DNA of 64,000 nucleotides from Promethearchaeota archaeon (GCA_048939995.1 JBHLOY010000001.1:430449-494448), one strand, 5' to 3'; shown: positions 19,993 to 31,362, numbered from the stretch's first letter. A program made the numbers and translations. Notes: generated from the letters alone by a model not told the origin.

Positions 19993-21291
19993 TTGTTGAA
20001 AAAGGGTACTGCTTTAATTGTATTTTATCAAAAAGAGAACATTTATAGTTTCAATGCATTGATTGCAGCTATTGAAACTGAGCCGAAGTTAGATGATATT
20101 GATATATTTTTTATAAGAGGGAAAGAGAACCTCATTAATAAGCTGAGCAAATTAATTTTTATTTATAAGAGAGTAATTTTGGGAGTTTCTTTCTTTACCA
20201 CACAAGTTTGGAAAATCTATCAATTGTTAAAGATTTTAAAAAAAAATTATCAAGATAAAATAATTTTTATTGCTGGTGGAGCTCATTCTACGGGTGATCC
20301 CTTAGGAACTCTGAAGATGGGCTTCGATGTTGTTGTCGTGGGAGAAGGAGAAAAAACGTTAATCGAACTTATTTTAAAAATTAAGAATGACGACTTATTC
20401 AATAATATTAAAGGAATTGCCTTCTTAAATCAAAAAAAAGAATTAGTATATACTGGAAATAGAAGCCCAATAAGTTTAGATAATTACCCTCCTTTACCTG
20501 TTAAACATATAAAATTTGGAGCTATAGAAATTACAAGGGGATGTCCATATACGTGCTATTTCTGTCAAACATCATATTTATTTGGCACAAAACCACGTCA
20601 TAGGAGCATAGACAATATATGCAAAGCAGTTAAAATTATGGCCCTTAAATATGGGAAGAACGATATCCGTTTTATATCTCCTAATGCTTTTTCTTATGGC
20701 TCGATGGATGGAAAAACCTTAAACTTAGAAAAATTAGAAGAACTACTAAAGCAAATTAAAAGTATAATTTCTTCAAGTGGAAGAATTTTCTTAGGATCAT
20801 TCCCCTCAGAAGTCAGACCAGAACATGTGACTATTGATTCTCTAAAATTGGTTAAAAATTATGCTGCCAATGATAATATTGTTATCGGTGCGCAGTCTGG
20901 AAGCCAAAAGTTACTTGACTTATGTCATAGAGGTCATAATGTGGAAGACGTTTATAAAGCTGTAGAACTAACTGTTCAATCGGGACTTAAAGCGAATGTA
21001 GATTTTATTTTTGGGCTACCTTATGAAAATGAAACCGATATTGACCTAACTCTTAAAGTTATAACCGATTTGACTGATATTGGAGCTAGAATTCACACAC
21101 ATTCATTTCTACCATTGCCTCAAACCGTATTTGCTTCATTTAATGCTAAAAAGATACACAAAAAAATCAGAAAAGTACTTCATGATCTAAATATTAAGGG
21201 ATTAGCCTACGGTGAATGGAAAAAACAAGAGGATATTGCAATTAAGATAAGTAAATACTTAAAATCAAAAGAAGTGAAGGATCTATTCTAA
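19993..21291 (+). CDS. B12-binding domain radical SAM protein (TIGR04013-like)
   Basis: AGGAHSTG...GEGE, EITRGCPYTCYFC, FPSEVRPE. Confidence 0.88.
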   Translation: MLKKGTALIVFYQKENIYSFNALIAAIETEPKLDDIDIFFIRGKENLINKLSKLIFIYKRVILGVSFFTTQVWKIYQLLKILKKNYQDKIIFIAGGAHSTGDPLGTLKMGFDVVVVGEGEKTLIELILKIKNDDLFNNIKGIAFLNQKKELVYTGNRSPISLDNYPPLPVKHIKFGAIEITRGCPYTCYFCQTSYLFGTKPRHRSIDNICKAVKIMALKYGKNDIRFISPNAFSYGSMDGKTLNLEKLEELLKQIKSIISSSGRIFLGSFPSEVRPEHVTIDSLKLVKNYAANDNIVIGAQSGSQKLLDLCHRGHNVEDVYKAVELTVQSGLKANVDFIFGLPYENETDIDLTLKVITDLTDIGARIHTHSFLPLPQTVFASFNAKKIHKKIRKVLHDLNIKGLAYGEWKKQEDIAIKISKYLKSKEVKDLF

Positions 21292-22140
21292 TATATAGTA
21301 ATTTTGACCATTTTTTTTTATAAATCCCTCATCTTCTAATACATTGAGAATTTCTCTTATTGTACCTCGATCTCTCTGAACTTCTTTAAATATTTCAGTT
21401 TCATTAATATTTTTTTCTCTAAGTATCATCTTCAACACTTTTCCTCGAATCTCTCGATTAGATCCTTCAAATTTAGCTTGTTTTCTATAGTGGGTACTTT
21501 TTTTATGTAATTCTGGATGTGTTTTTTTAAGCATAACTCCATAATCCATTAAAGCATAATACCATTCTCTAGGATTAGCAAAATCTAGAGTTTTTTTAAC
21601 TAAAGGTAATATTTCTTCATCAGAGATTAGATTTTTATCCCGAAAGAAGAAATGGATATAAACCCTTCGAATGTTTGTTTCAACAAAATAGGTCGGTTTA
21701 TTAAAAGAAAAGGTTAATATCGACGAAGCAGTATTATGACCAATTTGGGGAAAAGATTTTAGAATATTTATGTCTTCAGGTAATTTACCTTCATATTCAT
21801 TAACTACAATTTTAGCTATTTTTTTCAATGCGAGGGCTCTTCGATTATATCCTAGTCCTTGCCAAACTTTTAAAATTTCATTAGTCTTAGCGTTTGCTAG
21901 TTCATTAAAATTTGGAAATTTGTTAATAAATTCTAAAAACTTGTCAGCTACCCTACTTGTCTGAGTTTGCTGAAGCATTATTTCCGATATTAAAACATTA
22001 TAAGGACTGATATCTGTTCTAAAGGGAAAATTTCTTCCAGATCTTTTGTAATATGAATAGATAATTCCTTGGAAAGTTTTCAATATATGGCTGGTTAAAC
22101 CTTCTCTTTTGTAAGTTTTGTAAAAATCATGAATAAGCAT
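21283..22140 (-). CDS. mutY: A/G-specific adenine glycosylase (HhH-GPD, MutY-like, no FeS motif)
   Basis: PYNVLISEIMLQQTQ, WQGLGYNRRA, VETNIRRV, ALMDYG. Confidence 0.85.
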   Translation of the reverse strand: MLIHDFYKTYKREGLTSHILKTFQGIIYSYYKRSGRNFPFRTDISPYNVLISEIMLQQTQTSRVADKFLEFINKFPNFNELANAKTNEILKVWQGLGYNRRALALKKIAKIVVNEYEGKLPEDINILKSFPQIGHNTASSILTFSFNKPTYFVETNIRRVYIHFFFRDKNLISDEEILPLVKKTLDFANPREWYYALMDYGVMLKKTHPELHKKSTHYRKQAKFEGSNREIRGKVLKMILREKNINETEIFKEVQRDRGTIREILNVLEDEGFIKKNGQNYYILE

Positions 22141-22228
22141 GTATTAACACTTTTATTGATTTTAATTTGAAAATCTATTGTGAAAAAAGAAGTTAACTCT
22201 TTTTAAATATAATTTACTTAAGAAATAA

Positions 22229-24142
22229 TTATTTAGTAATATCAAACGCGAATTCGGTTACTCCACCTTCAATTTTTTTTAATGTTAAGTTGTATCCAGC
22301 AGTATCAATCAAATGAAGCATCGATTTGTTTTCTAGCAAAATTGTCCCTCCAAATGTTTTATAATTTAGCTCCCTTCCAATTTTCACCAAGTAGTTTAAT
22401 AAAAACCTTGTTATTCCCAAATTTCTCCAATCTTTATGAACAACAAATGCCAATTCTGCCAAGGTAGGCTTGATAGTTTTGAAAAAACCCCCTAAAGCTA
22501 TTATTTTTGATTCTGCTTCTTCTTTATATTCTCCAACTAATATCATATCTGTAGTATAATCAATATTTACCATTGGTTGGATTTTTTTATGGCGAAAATC
22601 TCGAATCGGTGTAAAAAATCTTAAATATCTATCTTTTTCATCGAGTGAATAATGAAGTTCTTGAATCGTTCTTTCATCTGTTGGTTTTACTGGTCTTATA
22701 AGTATTTTTTTTTCATTTTTTAAAATTAATTTTGTCTCATATTTTTCAGGGTAGATCGCTATTCTCCCATCTATAGATACAGGTAATTTTTGATCTGAAT
22801 ATGCATATTTCCACTTCTTAGCATGTTCTAATAATTCTTCCCGAAAATCGGGGTGTGCAATATTTATCATTTCTAATACTCTTTCTCGTATACTCTTTCC
22901 ATAAAGGTATGCTATTCCCCATTCAGAAATGATATAATGCACATCACCGCGAGTTATTACTACCCCTGAACCTTGTTGGAGATAAGGTACTATCCTTGAA
23001 ACTACTCTGCCATCTGATAAAGTGGCTGTAGATGGAACCACCATTATTGGCTTCCCTTCCTTTGAACGCCCAGCTCCTCTAATAAAATCAACTTGTCCTC
23101 CAATTCCACTATAGAACTGATAGCCTAAAGAATCGGCATTAATCTGCCCTGTAATATCTACAGTCAATGCTGCGTTAATAGCAACTTGTTTTCTATTCTG
23201 AGAAATAATAAAAGGGTCATTTGTATATTCACAAGGATGAAATTCAACCATAGGATTATCATCGCAAAAATCATATAACTTCCTAGTACCCATGACAAAA
23301 GAACATATAATCTTATCTTTATGTATTGATTTCTTTTTGCATGTAACTACTCCTTTCTCTACGAGATCTACTATTCCATCTGAAAAAACTTCACTATGTA
23401 CCCCTAAGTCACTTTTTCCTTCTAATTCAACAGTAACAGCATTTGGAATGGTTCCGATTCCCATCTGAATGGTGGAACCATCTTCAATTAATGATGCTAC
23501 AAATTTTGCGATTTTTTTTTCAGATTCATCTGGAGGACCATAATCAAATTCAATAATATCGTGATCGGATAATACAAAGGCATCAATATCATCCATGTGT
23601 ATAAAGGAATCTCCTAATGTACGAGGCATTTTAGGATTTATTTCAGCAACAACAAAATCTGCAGCCTCAGCAATGGATTTTACAATATCTACATTAATTC
23701 CATAACTACAGAAACCATATCTATCTGGTGGACTTACTTGAATGAGGGCAGTGTCCAAATGCATTCTTCCAAGCTTAAACAACCAAGGGATTTCGGACAA
23801 AAGCATGGGAGTGTAATCGGCTTGCCCTGTTTTGATATATTTTCTTAAAGATTTACCAATAAAGAAGGCATTATGTCTAAATAAATCCTCGATTCCACCT
23901 GCAGTTTCATAATAATCAAGATCGCTTAGACTTAAAAAGTGCATTATTTCCACATCTGGTAATTCCGGACCAAGTTCAATTAGTTTTTTTGTTAAATCTA
24001 AAGGTTCAGCACATCCCGAATCGATAAAAATGCGATCTCCAGGATTTATAAATTTCTTAATTGCTTGGTTAATTGACACCTTTTTCTTATTATATTTATT
24101 CAATAGGTATTCGACATTTTCTTTACTCATTCGCAAAACCAC
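22229..24142 (-). CDS. Acetyl-CoA hydrolase/transferase fused to C-terminal GNAT domain
   Basis: IQMGIGTIPNAV, LGVHSE, SGIGGQVDF, IAHPDFRE; C-terminal AELAFVVHKDWRNLGI. Confidence 0.9.
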   Translation of the reverse strand: MVLRMSKENVEYLLNKYNKKKVSINQAIKKFINPGDRIFIDSGCAEPLDLTKKLIELGPELPDVEIMHFLSLSDLDYYETAGGIEDLFRHNAFFIGKSLRKYIKTGQADYTPMLLSEIPWLFKLGRMHLDTALIQVSPPDRYGFCSYGINVDIVKSIAEAADFVVAEINPKMPRTLGDSFIHMDDIDAFVLSDHDIIEFDYGPPDESEKKIAKFVASLIEDGSTIQMGIGTIPNAVTVELEGKSDLGVHSEVFSDGIVDLVEKGVVTCKKKSIHKDKIICSFVMGTRKLYDFCDDNPMVEFHPCEYTNDPFIISQNRKQVAINAALTVDITGQINADSLGYQFYSGIGGQVDFIRGAGRSKEGKPIMVVPSTATLSDGRVVSRIVPYLQQGSGVVITRGDVHYIISEWGIAYLYGKSIRERVLEMINIAHPDFREELLEHAKKWKYAYSDQKLPVSIDGRIAIYPEKYETKLILKNEKKILIRPVKPTDERTIQELHYSLDEKDRYLRFFTPIRDFRHKKIQPMVNIDYTTDMILVGEYKEEAESKIIALGGFFKTIKPTLAELAFVVHKDWRNLGITRFLLNYLVKIGRELNYKTFGGTILLENKSMLHLIDTAGYNLTLKKIEGGVTEFAFDITK

Positions 24143-24220
24143 CTTTCATAAAAAATAAAATACTAATGGTTTTAAATCAGGTCTAAATAAAAAATAAATT
24201 GAATATTTCAAAATTTTAAT

Positions 24221-24841
24221 CTATTTTTTATGAATAATAATTTCAACAATCCGATTAATATATTTTCCTTTTTGAATTTTACAAGTTCGAGCAACTTTTT
24301 TAAAATTAAATGATTCTGCTAAAGCGTCCAAATAAGAAATATTATATAAAATAGAGAGACTCTCATTGTTCCGCATGAATAATTTATCTAATGCTAGTTT
24401 AACTTGATCTCCATTTAATTTTTTTGATCTTATTTTAGTTCTTTCAATAATTTCTTTTAAAGAAATATTGAAATGGAAATCACGTATACTTGAAATTAAA
24501 GAACTTAAAACAATAGTATAGAGCAAAATAATATCATATTCGGTATCTTGTAATGCTGTTAATCTAATCTGAATATCTTGATATATTTCTTGTAAGAAGT
24601 TCTCGTCTAGTCCTTTAATTTTTTTAAAAGGTTTAAAGAATTTCAAATAACTACCTTCTAAAAAGTAATCGAGATTTCTTTTAAATAAATCTTTGAATTT
24701 TTTCACAATTAAACCAGAATTCCTAATTTTTACAGACACGTCAGGTGTTCTGCCAATTATTGTATCACTGCCATCTAAATAGAATTGTTGCTCTATGAGG
24801 TTATCTGTAGCTTGATATAATTGTTTTATTTTCGATTCTAT
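24221..24841 (-). CDS. Hypothetical protein (probable ATA start upstream of annotated GTG 24739)
   Basis: Frame is open from 24871; AGGTG SD lies 8 nt before ATA 24841, giving (M)ESKIKQLYQATDNLIEQQFYLDG. Confidence 0.65.
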   Translation of the reverse strand: MESKIKQLYQATDNLIEQQFYLDGSDTIIGRTPDVSVKIRNSGLIVKKFKDLFKRNLDYFLEGSYLKFFKPFKKIKGLDENFLQEIYQDIQIRLTALQDTEYDIILLYTIVLSSLISSIRDFHFNISLKEIIERTKIRSKKLNGDQVKLALDKLFMRNNESLSILYNISYLDALAESFNFKKVARTCKIQKGKYINRIVEIIIHKK

Positions 24842-25066
24842 TTTTAGAACACCTAAGTTCTCTTCTCGTTTTTATAGGGCTATAGTAATTATCAAAATTC
24901 AATGATTTAATTTTTATGATCTTAATCAGATATATTATTCTTACTGCTTATAATTTTCTACAATAATATTAATTAGAAAATGTTACATGAATATCATTAA
25001 TGTTGTTTTAAAAAAACAAATTCTTATCTAAGTTCAAATTTAAAATAAAAACTTAAGTGAAATAAA

Positions 25067-26791
25067 ATGGGATTGAAATTAGCGTCCACACTAGCAATAC
25101 TTTTCTTGTTCGGGCTGATTTATGCTGTAGTATTTGTAATAGGGGTTTGGTTTTTACCAAACACTTGGTGGAGCCTCTTGATTATGGTTGGATTTACTAT
25201 CATGATAATATTATTCCAATATGGGATAAGTCCTTTGATAGTAGGATGGTTATATCGAATTGATTGGATTCCTTATGAACAATATATAGCGGAATACCCC
25301 CATTTAGGCGATGCCATAAATAAAGTCGTAGCTATGCAAAGAATAAAGCCTCCAAAGTTGGGAATCATTTTTAATGAATTTAATCCAAATGCTTTTACTT
25401 ATGGTTGGACTAAAAATTCTGCAAGATTGGTAATTACGGAAGGTATCTTAGAACACTTAGATGAGCGAGAGCAAACTGCTGTGGTTGCCCACGAATTAGG
25501 GCATATTGTACATAATGATTTTATTCTCATGACTGTTGTATTTGCCATTCCACTAATCTTGTTGACAATAGCGAGATGGTCCTTCTACGTTGCTCGTTTT
25601 TCGGGAATAAGATCTGGTGATAGAGATAAAGCAAATTATCTACCACTAATATTAATAGTAGTTGCAGTGGTATCCTATCTTTCATATTATTTAGGATATC
25701 TAGTCTCATTAGTAGTAAGTAGAATTAGAGAATATTATGCTGATCAACATTCTGCAGAGCTTACTGAAGATCCAAATACTTTATCCACTGCTTTAGTAAA
25801 AATAGCTTATGGATTATTAGTGGGAGGAACTGAAGCCGAAATTAAAGAGAGAAATAAATCCAGAGTTAGAGCACTTAGGGGATTAGGCATTTTTGATCCG
25901 AAAAAAGCACATTATTTCGCTATGCAGGGTGTTGGAGCTTCTGGTGAATATTCAAAAAGAGCAATTGAAGCTGCTGCAGGATGGGATTTATTTAATCCAT
26001 GGGCCAAATATTTCCAAATTTTTAGCACTCATCCATTACCTGCCAAAAGAATTCAACGTTTAAATGAACTATGTGAAATTTATGGGAAATCTGTAGAAAT
26101 TGATTTTTCTCAAGCTCGAAAAATTAAAGAGGAACAAATAGGTAAATCAATGATTGGTGAATTTCTTACAGATATATTTATTAAATCCTTACCTTCTATA
26201 GTCTTTTTTGTTTTAATTGTCCTAAGCGTATTATGGTTATTTGCAACTATTGGATGGTTATATATAGGGACAATTGCGACTGTTAGTAATTTAATCCTCA
26301 TGTGGGCAACGGGATTTTTTGTTATGGGAATTGCTGCTATTTTGAGAACTTCATATATGTATCGGAAGGGATTTGAACCTGCAACAGTACTTGATTTAGT
26401 CACTCAGATAAATGTTTCGCCAGTTCGTCCCATTCCTGCTATTATAGAAGGTACAATAATTGGTAAGGGAATTCCAGGCTACATTTTCAGTAATGACCTC
26501 TACTTTCAAGATGAAACTGGATTAATGTATATCGATTATAGATTTGGTTTGAGCATTGTCGATTTCTTTTGGGCAATTACAAAAGTTAATAGATTAATAG
26601 GGCAACGAGTTAGAATTAAAGGATGGTACCGAAGGGGACCTGGTCCATATTTACAAATAGACACCTTAGAAACTGAAATGGGAAGGCGCCATCGAAATTA
26701 TTCAAAACACATGACATATATTCTAGCAATTATATTCTTCATTATTAGCGCTATAGTCTTTTATTTCTGGTTTGCTACCTATTTCTTTTAA
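25067..26791 (+). CDS. htpX: M48/HtpX zinc metalloprotease with C-terminal extension
   Basis: PNAFTYG, AHELGH, SRIREYYAD, FSTHP. Confidence 0.88.
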   Translation: MGLKLASTLAILFLFGLIYAVVFVIGVWFLPNTWWSLLIMVGFTIMIILFQYGISPLIVGWLYRIDWIPYEQYIAEYPHLGDAINKVVAMQRIKPPKLGIIFNEFNPNAFTYGWTKNSARLVITEGILEHLDEREQTAVVAHELGHIVHNDFILMTVVFAIPLILLTIARWSFYVARFSGIRSGDRDKANYLPLILIVVAVVSYLSYYLGYLVSLVVSRIREYYADQHSAELTEDPNTLSTALVKIAYGLLVGGTEAEIKERNKSRVRALRGLGIFDPKKAHYFAMQGVGASGEYSKRAIEAAAGWDLFNPWAKYFQIFSTHPLPAKRIQRLNELCEIYGKSVEIDFSQARKIKEEQIGKSMIGEFLTDIFIKSLPSIVFFVLIVLSVLWLFATIGWLYIGTIATVSNLILMWATGFFVMGIAAILRTSYMYRKGFEPATVLDLVTQINVSPVRPIPAIIEGTIIGKGIPGYIFSNDLYFQDETGLMYIDYRFGLSIVDFFWAITKVNRLIGQRVRIKGWYRRGPGPYLQIDTLETEMGRRHRNYSKHMTYILAIIFFIISAIVFYFWFATYFF

Positions 26792-26877
26792 AAAGTAATT
26801 TTTATTTTTTTATTCTTTTTTATTTAATACAAATGTAAAATCGTAATTCTTATATTGTTAAACAGCATTAATCACCA

Positions 26878-28137
26878 ATGAAAATGACTACTTTTAATAA
26901 AAATAAAGTTGAATTGATGACACCTTTAAAAAACTTAAAATCTCTCAATGCTGTTATTGGAAATGCTGATGCAGTTTATTTTGGTGTCGAATCCTTTAAC
27001 ATGCGAATGTTTAGTGATAATTTCAAATTAGTCGAGTTAAATAAAATTGTAAAAACTTGTCATGAGAGTCATATTAAGGCTTATCTCACTACAAATATAA
27101 TTATCTATGAAAATGAAATTAAACTGTTGGAATCTATATTAGATAAGGCTGTAGAAGCAGATATTGATGCTGTAATTGTTCATGATATAGGAGCTATTCA
27201 GCTTGCTAAGGAAAGAGGGCTTAAATTTCATATATCCACTCAAGCAAGTATCTCTAATTCTTATTCTGCTAAATTTTATGAATCATTAGGTGCTAATAGA
27301 TTGATTTTAGCACGAGAGTTATCCTTAAATCAGATTAAAGAAATACAGAATAAACTTAAAACTGCAAAAATAGAAACTTTCATCCATGGAGCTCAATGCA
27401 CTTCGATTTCAGGAAGATGTTATTTCTCAGCTGAATTATGTGAATCTCAGGACTACTCTGCAAACCGAGGGAAATGTGTTCAGCCTTGCCGCAGGAAATG
27501 GCGGGTAATTGACGATCAAGATAATGAAGTGCTCTATGATGGAGTTTTCTTCATCAATACAAAAGATCTTTGTATGATTGAACATATCCCCACATTAATC
27601 GAAGCTAACATTGATGCATTTAAAATTGAAGGTCGAATGAGAGATCCCATTTATATTGAAGAAACTACCTCCTGCTACCGTGAAGCAATTGATGCTTATT
27701 ATGACAATACATTCACCCAACAAAAAGTAAAAGAATGGTTAAAAAGACTTAATAAGGTATATAATCGAGGTTTTTCAACTGGATTTTATTTTAGTTTACC
27801 CAAGGGCAAAGAAATCCAGAGAGAATTTGATGGCAATATCTCACAATTTCAAAAAGTTGAAGTGGGCAAGGTTCTAAATTATTACCCAGAAAAGAAAGCA
27901 GCAAAAATCCTCTTAACTGCTGGTAAATTAAAATTAAATGACGAAATTTTCATTATAGGAACTCATACTGATACCTATATAAGGCAAAGAGTAACTTCTA
28001 TTCAAATTAAACAAAAGAAAAATCTCACTGAAACGCCATCAGTCTCATCCAGTATTGAAAGATTAACTGTTGGAATTACTGTTAATAAACCGGTTAAAAA
28101 AAATGATAAGATTTTTAAATTGAACATTTCTAAATGA
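26878..28137 (+). CDS. U32 family protein (Fe-S hydroxylation/peptidase family)
   Basis: ADAVYFG, HISTQAS, LARELS, HGAQCTSISGRC, NRGKCVQPCR, KIEGR. Confidence 0.92.
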   Translation: MKMTTFNKNKVELMTPLKNLKSLNAVIGNADAVYFGVESFNMRMFSDNFKLVELNKIVKTCHESHIKAYLTTNIIIYENEIKLLESILDKAVEADIDAVIVHDIGAIQLAKERGLKFHISTQASISNSYSAKFYESLGANRLILARELSLNQIKEIQNKLKTAKIETFIHGAQCTSISGRCYFSAELCESQDYSANRGKCVQPCRRKWRVIDDQDNEVLYDGVFFINTKDLCMIEHIPTLIEANIDAFKIEGRMRDPIYIEETTSCYREAIDAYYDNTFTQQKVKEWLKRLNKVYNRGFSTGFYFSLPKGKEIQREFDGNISQFQKVEVGKVLNYYPEKKAAKILLTAGKLKLNDEIFIIGTHTDTYIRQRVTSIQIKQKKNLTETPSVSSSIERLTVGITVNKPVKKNDKIFKLNISK

Positions 28138-28253
28138 AATAGAATAAAATAGTCTTTTAAATGAAATTATAAAATTAGAAATAATATATTGAAAATAATA
28201 TAAAATAAAAAGAGTATTAATTAATTTAATATGGGATTTGATTGAAATTTAGC

Positions 28254-28682
28254 TTATTCTGCGAGATCTTCAAAAGCTTCGATGGCTAATTCAATAATTT
28301 CTTGAAATGCCATAGCATCTTGAAGGTTACCTTCGACAGTTATGTCTCCAGCCATATAAGCGCTTGTTGCATCAACTTCTCCGAAGAGTAAGCCTAAGGC
28401 AACTTCTTTGTTAGCAGAAAAGGTAAAAGAAGGATTATCTACATCTCCTTCTCCATACTCAAGTATTCCGTCGTGAGCTTTCATCCAAGCTCTGGTGTCG
28501 GCATCAGTAACAATCATTTGGACTGTAATATCCATATCTTCTAATTCTTCTTTCAAATCTTCATTCTCTTCAGCAATTTGCTTGAAGAGTTCATACATTT
28601 TAAGAGCAAAGCTGATCTCAGTTGCAGCTGCTCCTGCATCTAATTTTTCCTTTACTTCATCTATTAATCCTTGATCGACCAT
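28254..28682 (-). CDS. SCP2 sterol/lipid-binding domain protein
   Basis: GEVDATSAYMAGDITVEGNL. Confidence 0.85.
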   Translation of the reverse strand: MVDQGLIDEVKEKLDAGAAATEISFALKMYELFKQIAEENEDLKEELEDMDITVQMIVTDADTRAWMKAHDGILEYGEGDVDNPSFTFSANKEVALGLLFGEVDATSAYMAGDITVEGNLQDAMAFQEIIELAIEAFEDLAE

Positions 28683-28885
28683 TTTGGTTTTTCAACCTTT
28701 TTTTATTTTTTAACCCTTTAAATCTAAAATTTTATATTTTAAATTTTTTTTGAAATTGTGATTTAGATAATTCTTTTTGATTTAAAAAACTTTGAACTTT
28801 TTAACAAATTGTTAGCAAAAAGTTTTTATTGATATTTAAAATATGAAAATTTTTAGAAATCAGAATGTTGATATATATATTTAAA

Positions 28886-29023
28886 TGGCGCCCACAGCGG
28901 GATTTTCTTCATGTGTGGAAAGCACACATTATTTTGAACCCGCGTCGCAGGAGTGACAGTCCCGAATGCTGGACCGGGTTTTGCGCGTCTTTTAATTAAA
29001 GACTAACTCTACACTATGTGGGC
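28886..29023 (-). tRNA. tRNA-Asp(GTC) with two introns (D-loop 28979-29008; T-loop 28903-28932), CCA encoded
   Basis: Mature: GCCCACATAGTGTAG|CCCGGTCCAGCATTCGGGACT-GTC-ACTCCTGCGACGCGGGTTCAAA|TCCCGCTGTGGGCGCCA (78 nt). Intron boundaries from relaxed BHB pairing. Confidence 0.9.
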
Positions 29024-29222
29024 TTAATTTATAGTGTTATATCAGAAAGAATAAATACAACTATAAAAATTTTATTCTCACACTTTACAGCTCTTCTTTT
29101 TTCTAATTAAAAATGTGAGTAATTTATCATTTTAGATCTTAATAAATTTGGATAAAAAACAAATAAATAAGAGGAAAGAGATAATCATTTATAGGTATAA
29201 GAATTTTTCATTTTGAAATAGA

Positions 29223-29660
29223 GTGATGGATGCTAAGGATCCTATTAATTCGTTATTGGAAGTTTTGGAAAAGGATAAAAAGCAGTTTGTAAGGTTCTTA
29301 GATAAAATCATCAGAATCGGGGTAAAAATCTTTAATTCAACGGAGGAGCTTCAAGAAGAATTGGTGGGGTTTGACGATGTTTACCAGACTTGTATTAAAG
29401 ATGTAAATTTTGATTATTGGTTCAAAGTTTCAAATGGAAAAATCGAATATCAAAGAGGAATTAATCCAGAAGCTCTCTTTAAAATAAATCACACCTCAGA
29501 CATGGTAATCAAAATTCTTAAGGGAGAGACTAGCGGAACAGATGCATTTATGAGAGGAAAACTTAATGTCGAAGGTGATCTAACTCAAGGTTTAAGATAT
29601 GTTAAGCTTTTCCGTATGTTTTTTAAATATATACAAAAAAAGAATCACTCTGCTAATTAA
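29223..29660 (+). CDS. SCP2 domain protein
   Basis: GETSGTDAFMRGKLNVEGDL. Confidence 0.85.
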   Translation: MMDAKDPINSLLEVLEKDKKQFVRFLDKIIRIGVKIFNSTEELQEELVGFDDVYQTCIKDVNFDYWFKVSNGKIEYQRGINPEALFKINHTSDMVIKILKGETSGTDAFMRGKLNVEGDLTQGLRYVKLFRMFFKYIQKKNHSAN

Positions 29661-29768
29661 ATAAGGATTATCATCGCTATATTATATGCTAATATATATT
29701 ACGAATTTTTAAATGATCATGAGTTAATTCAAATAATAATCTCTATATTTAAAGATTGAGTTTAAGAG

Positions 29769-30209
29769 ATGACAACTGATTCGAAAGTACTCTATTCAAT
29801 GTTAAATGAACTAGAAATAGCAGATGATGCATTTAAGATTAATATAGACAAATTAATGAGTGTAGGAGTAAAAATTGCTAACAAATCAAAAGATTTTCAG
29901 GACGAATTACAATTATTTGGGGATATTATTTTCCACCTTTATCTAAAAGATATCGATTTTAATATATGGATTATTAACTCAAATGGAATTTTAACATATA
30001 ACACGAGTTTCTATGAACCCGAGTCTGAAAAAAAAAGAGTGATTCATTTCATTCTCGTAAAAAATACGTTGAAACGGATTTTTACTAAAGATTTGGATGC
30101 CGCAGAAGCTTATATGAAAGGTTTTATCGAATTTGATGGTGATTTCTCAGATGCCATGATTGCAAAAAACCTAATGAAAATCTATTCTCATTGTTTAGAA
30201 CATATATAA
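29769..30209 (+). CDS. SCP2 domain protein
   Basis: LDAAEAYMKGFIEFDGDF. Confidence 0.75.
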   Translation: MTTDSKVLYSMLNELEIADDAFKINIDKLMSVGVKIANKSKDFQDELQLFGDIIFHLYLKDIDFNIWIINSNGILTYNTSFYEPESEKKRVIHFILVKNTLKRIFTKDLDAAEAYMKGFIEFDGDFSDAMIAKNLMKIYSHCLEHI

Positions 30210-30303
30210 GAAAAAGAGATATACTTATACTATTTATCAAAAATTTTTTTAGATATAAAATATGAAATAATTATACTGTTATATTGTTTGATCCCCCTTT
30301 TTA

Positions 30304-30407
30304 GGGCCTATAATCTAGTCTGGATTTAAGTTTTTATGAATGAATTTAACAGAAAGGGTGCCCGGCTTCGGACTGGGATGTCGCAGGTTCGAATCCTGCT
30401 AGGCCCG
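30304..30407 (+). tRNA. tRNA-Arg(TCG) with D-loop intron (about 30326-30354)
   Basis: GGGCCTA/TAGGCCC acceptor stem, CCCGG-CT-TCG-GA-CTGGG anticodon arm, GGTTCGAATCC T-arm. The 29-31 nt insert has a TTAAG/TTTAA stem; boundary uncertain by about 1 nt. Confidence 0.9.
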
Positions 30408-30422
30408 TTTTTTAGTTTGATT

Positions 30423-30683
30423 TTAAAATAACAATATCATAATAAAAGGTATTAACCAAAATATTATTCCAAGTATTCCAAGTATTAACCCTGCTATTGC
30501 TAAACCGGGAGAATCATCTTTCTTAATTCCTATCCCCCCACAAATTATAGCGATAACTGAAGATAAAAGTGGTACATACCATAAGATTACAACTGGCAAT
30601 GGCATTGGAAAGAGTAAAAGCAAAGCAGATAATAATCCGATTATTCCAAACACTAATGAGACAATACCAAGAGCTTTTCCCAT
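30423..30683 (-). CDS. Small membrane protein (DUF4190-like)
   Basis: ATG after GGAGG; ALGIVSLVFGII...LAIAGLILGILG. Confidence 0.7.
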   Translation of the reverse strand: MGKALGIVSLVFGIIGLLSALLLLFPMPLPVVILWYVPLLSSVIAIICGGIGIKKDDSPGLAIAGLILGILGIIFWLIPFIMILLF

Positions 30684-31362
30684 CTTTATTCCTCCTTGGA
30701 TTTCAATTTTCAATTTATAATTGAAATTGGATAGCTTTGAATGTAATATAAATTTTTTCTTTGATATGTCGAATCTTTATGGTAGAAGTCGAGCTATTCT
30801 AATAATCTAAAAGGAATAGACTTAAATGTTTGACTGATCCTAACTATCATTATCAAATAAGGTAAGGATAATGCGTGTAATAATTGTTTATAAATCCTCT
30901 AGCTCTTTATTATGGTTAATTTTCAAGAAGAAAGGGGTTCAAATAAATAATTTTCGATTAGACTCTGGAAAGGAATCAATATTTCTATCATATCCTGATT
31001 TTGAACCATATAGAACAATCCTTCTCAAGGAGAGAAAAAGAGGAAAAAATCCTCAACACTCAGCTGCTGATTAATTAGAAATTTTATTAGATTGTTTTTT
31101 ATAACAAATTGTGGATAACATCTTTCATCAAAAAAAGCTTGTTTTTGTTTTGTACTATTGAAACAAAATATTTTCATAAATTGAAAATTTAAATTCTCTT
31201 CTGTTTTCATATCTAATTAAGAAGTTTTATTAACACAAATATTTAATAATCTTTGTACACAAATGTTTTTTATTAGCACAAAACTTTATAAATGCAAAAA
31301 TAATATTTATTTGTTAGCAAAGAAAAAAAAGTTATTAACACAATAATAAATCCCAAAATATT

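Noticed and set aside
30714-31210. ORFs 30871-31074 and 31025-31210; possible decayed gene on the minus strand
   Set aside because: No recognisable motifs and multiple stops; cannot be supported by eye.
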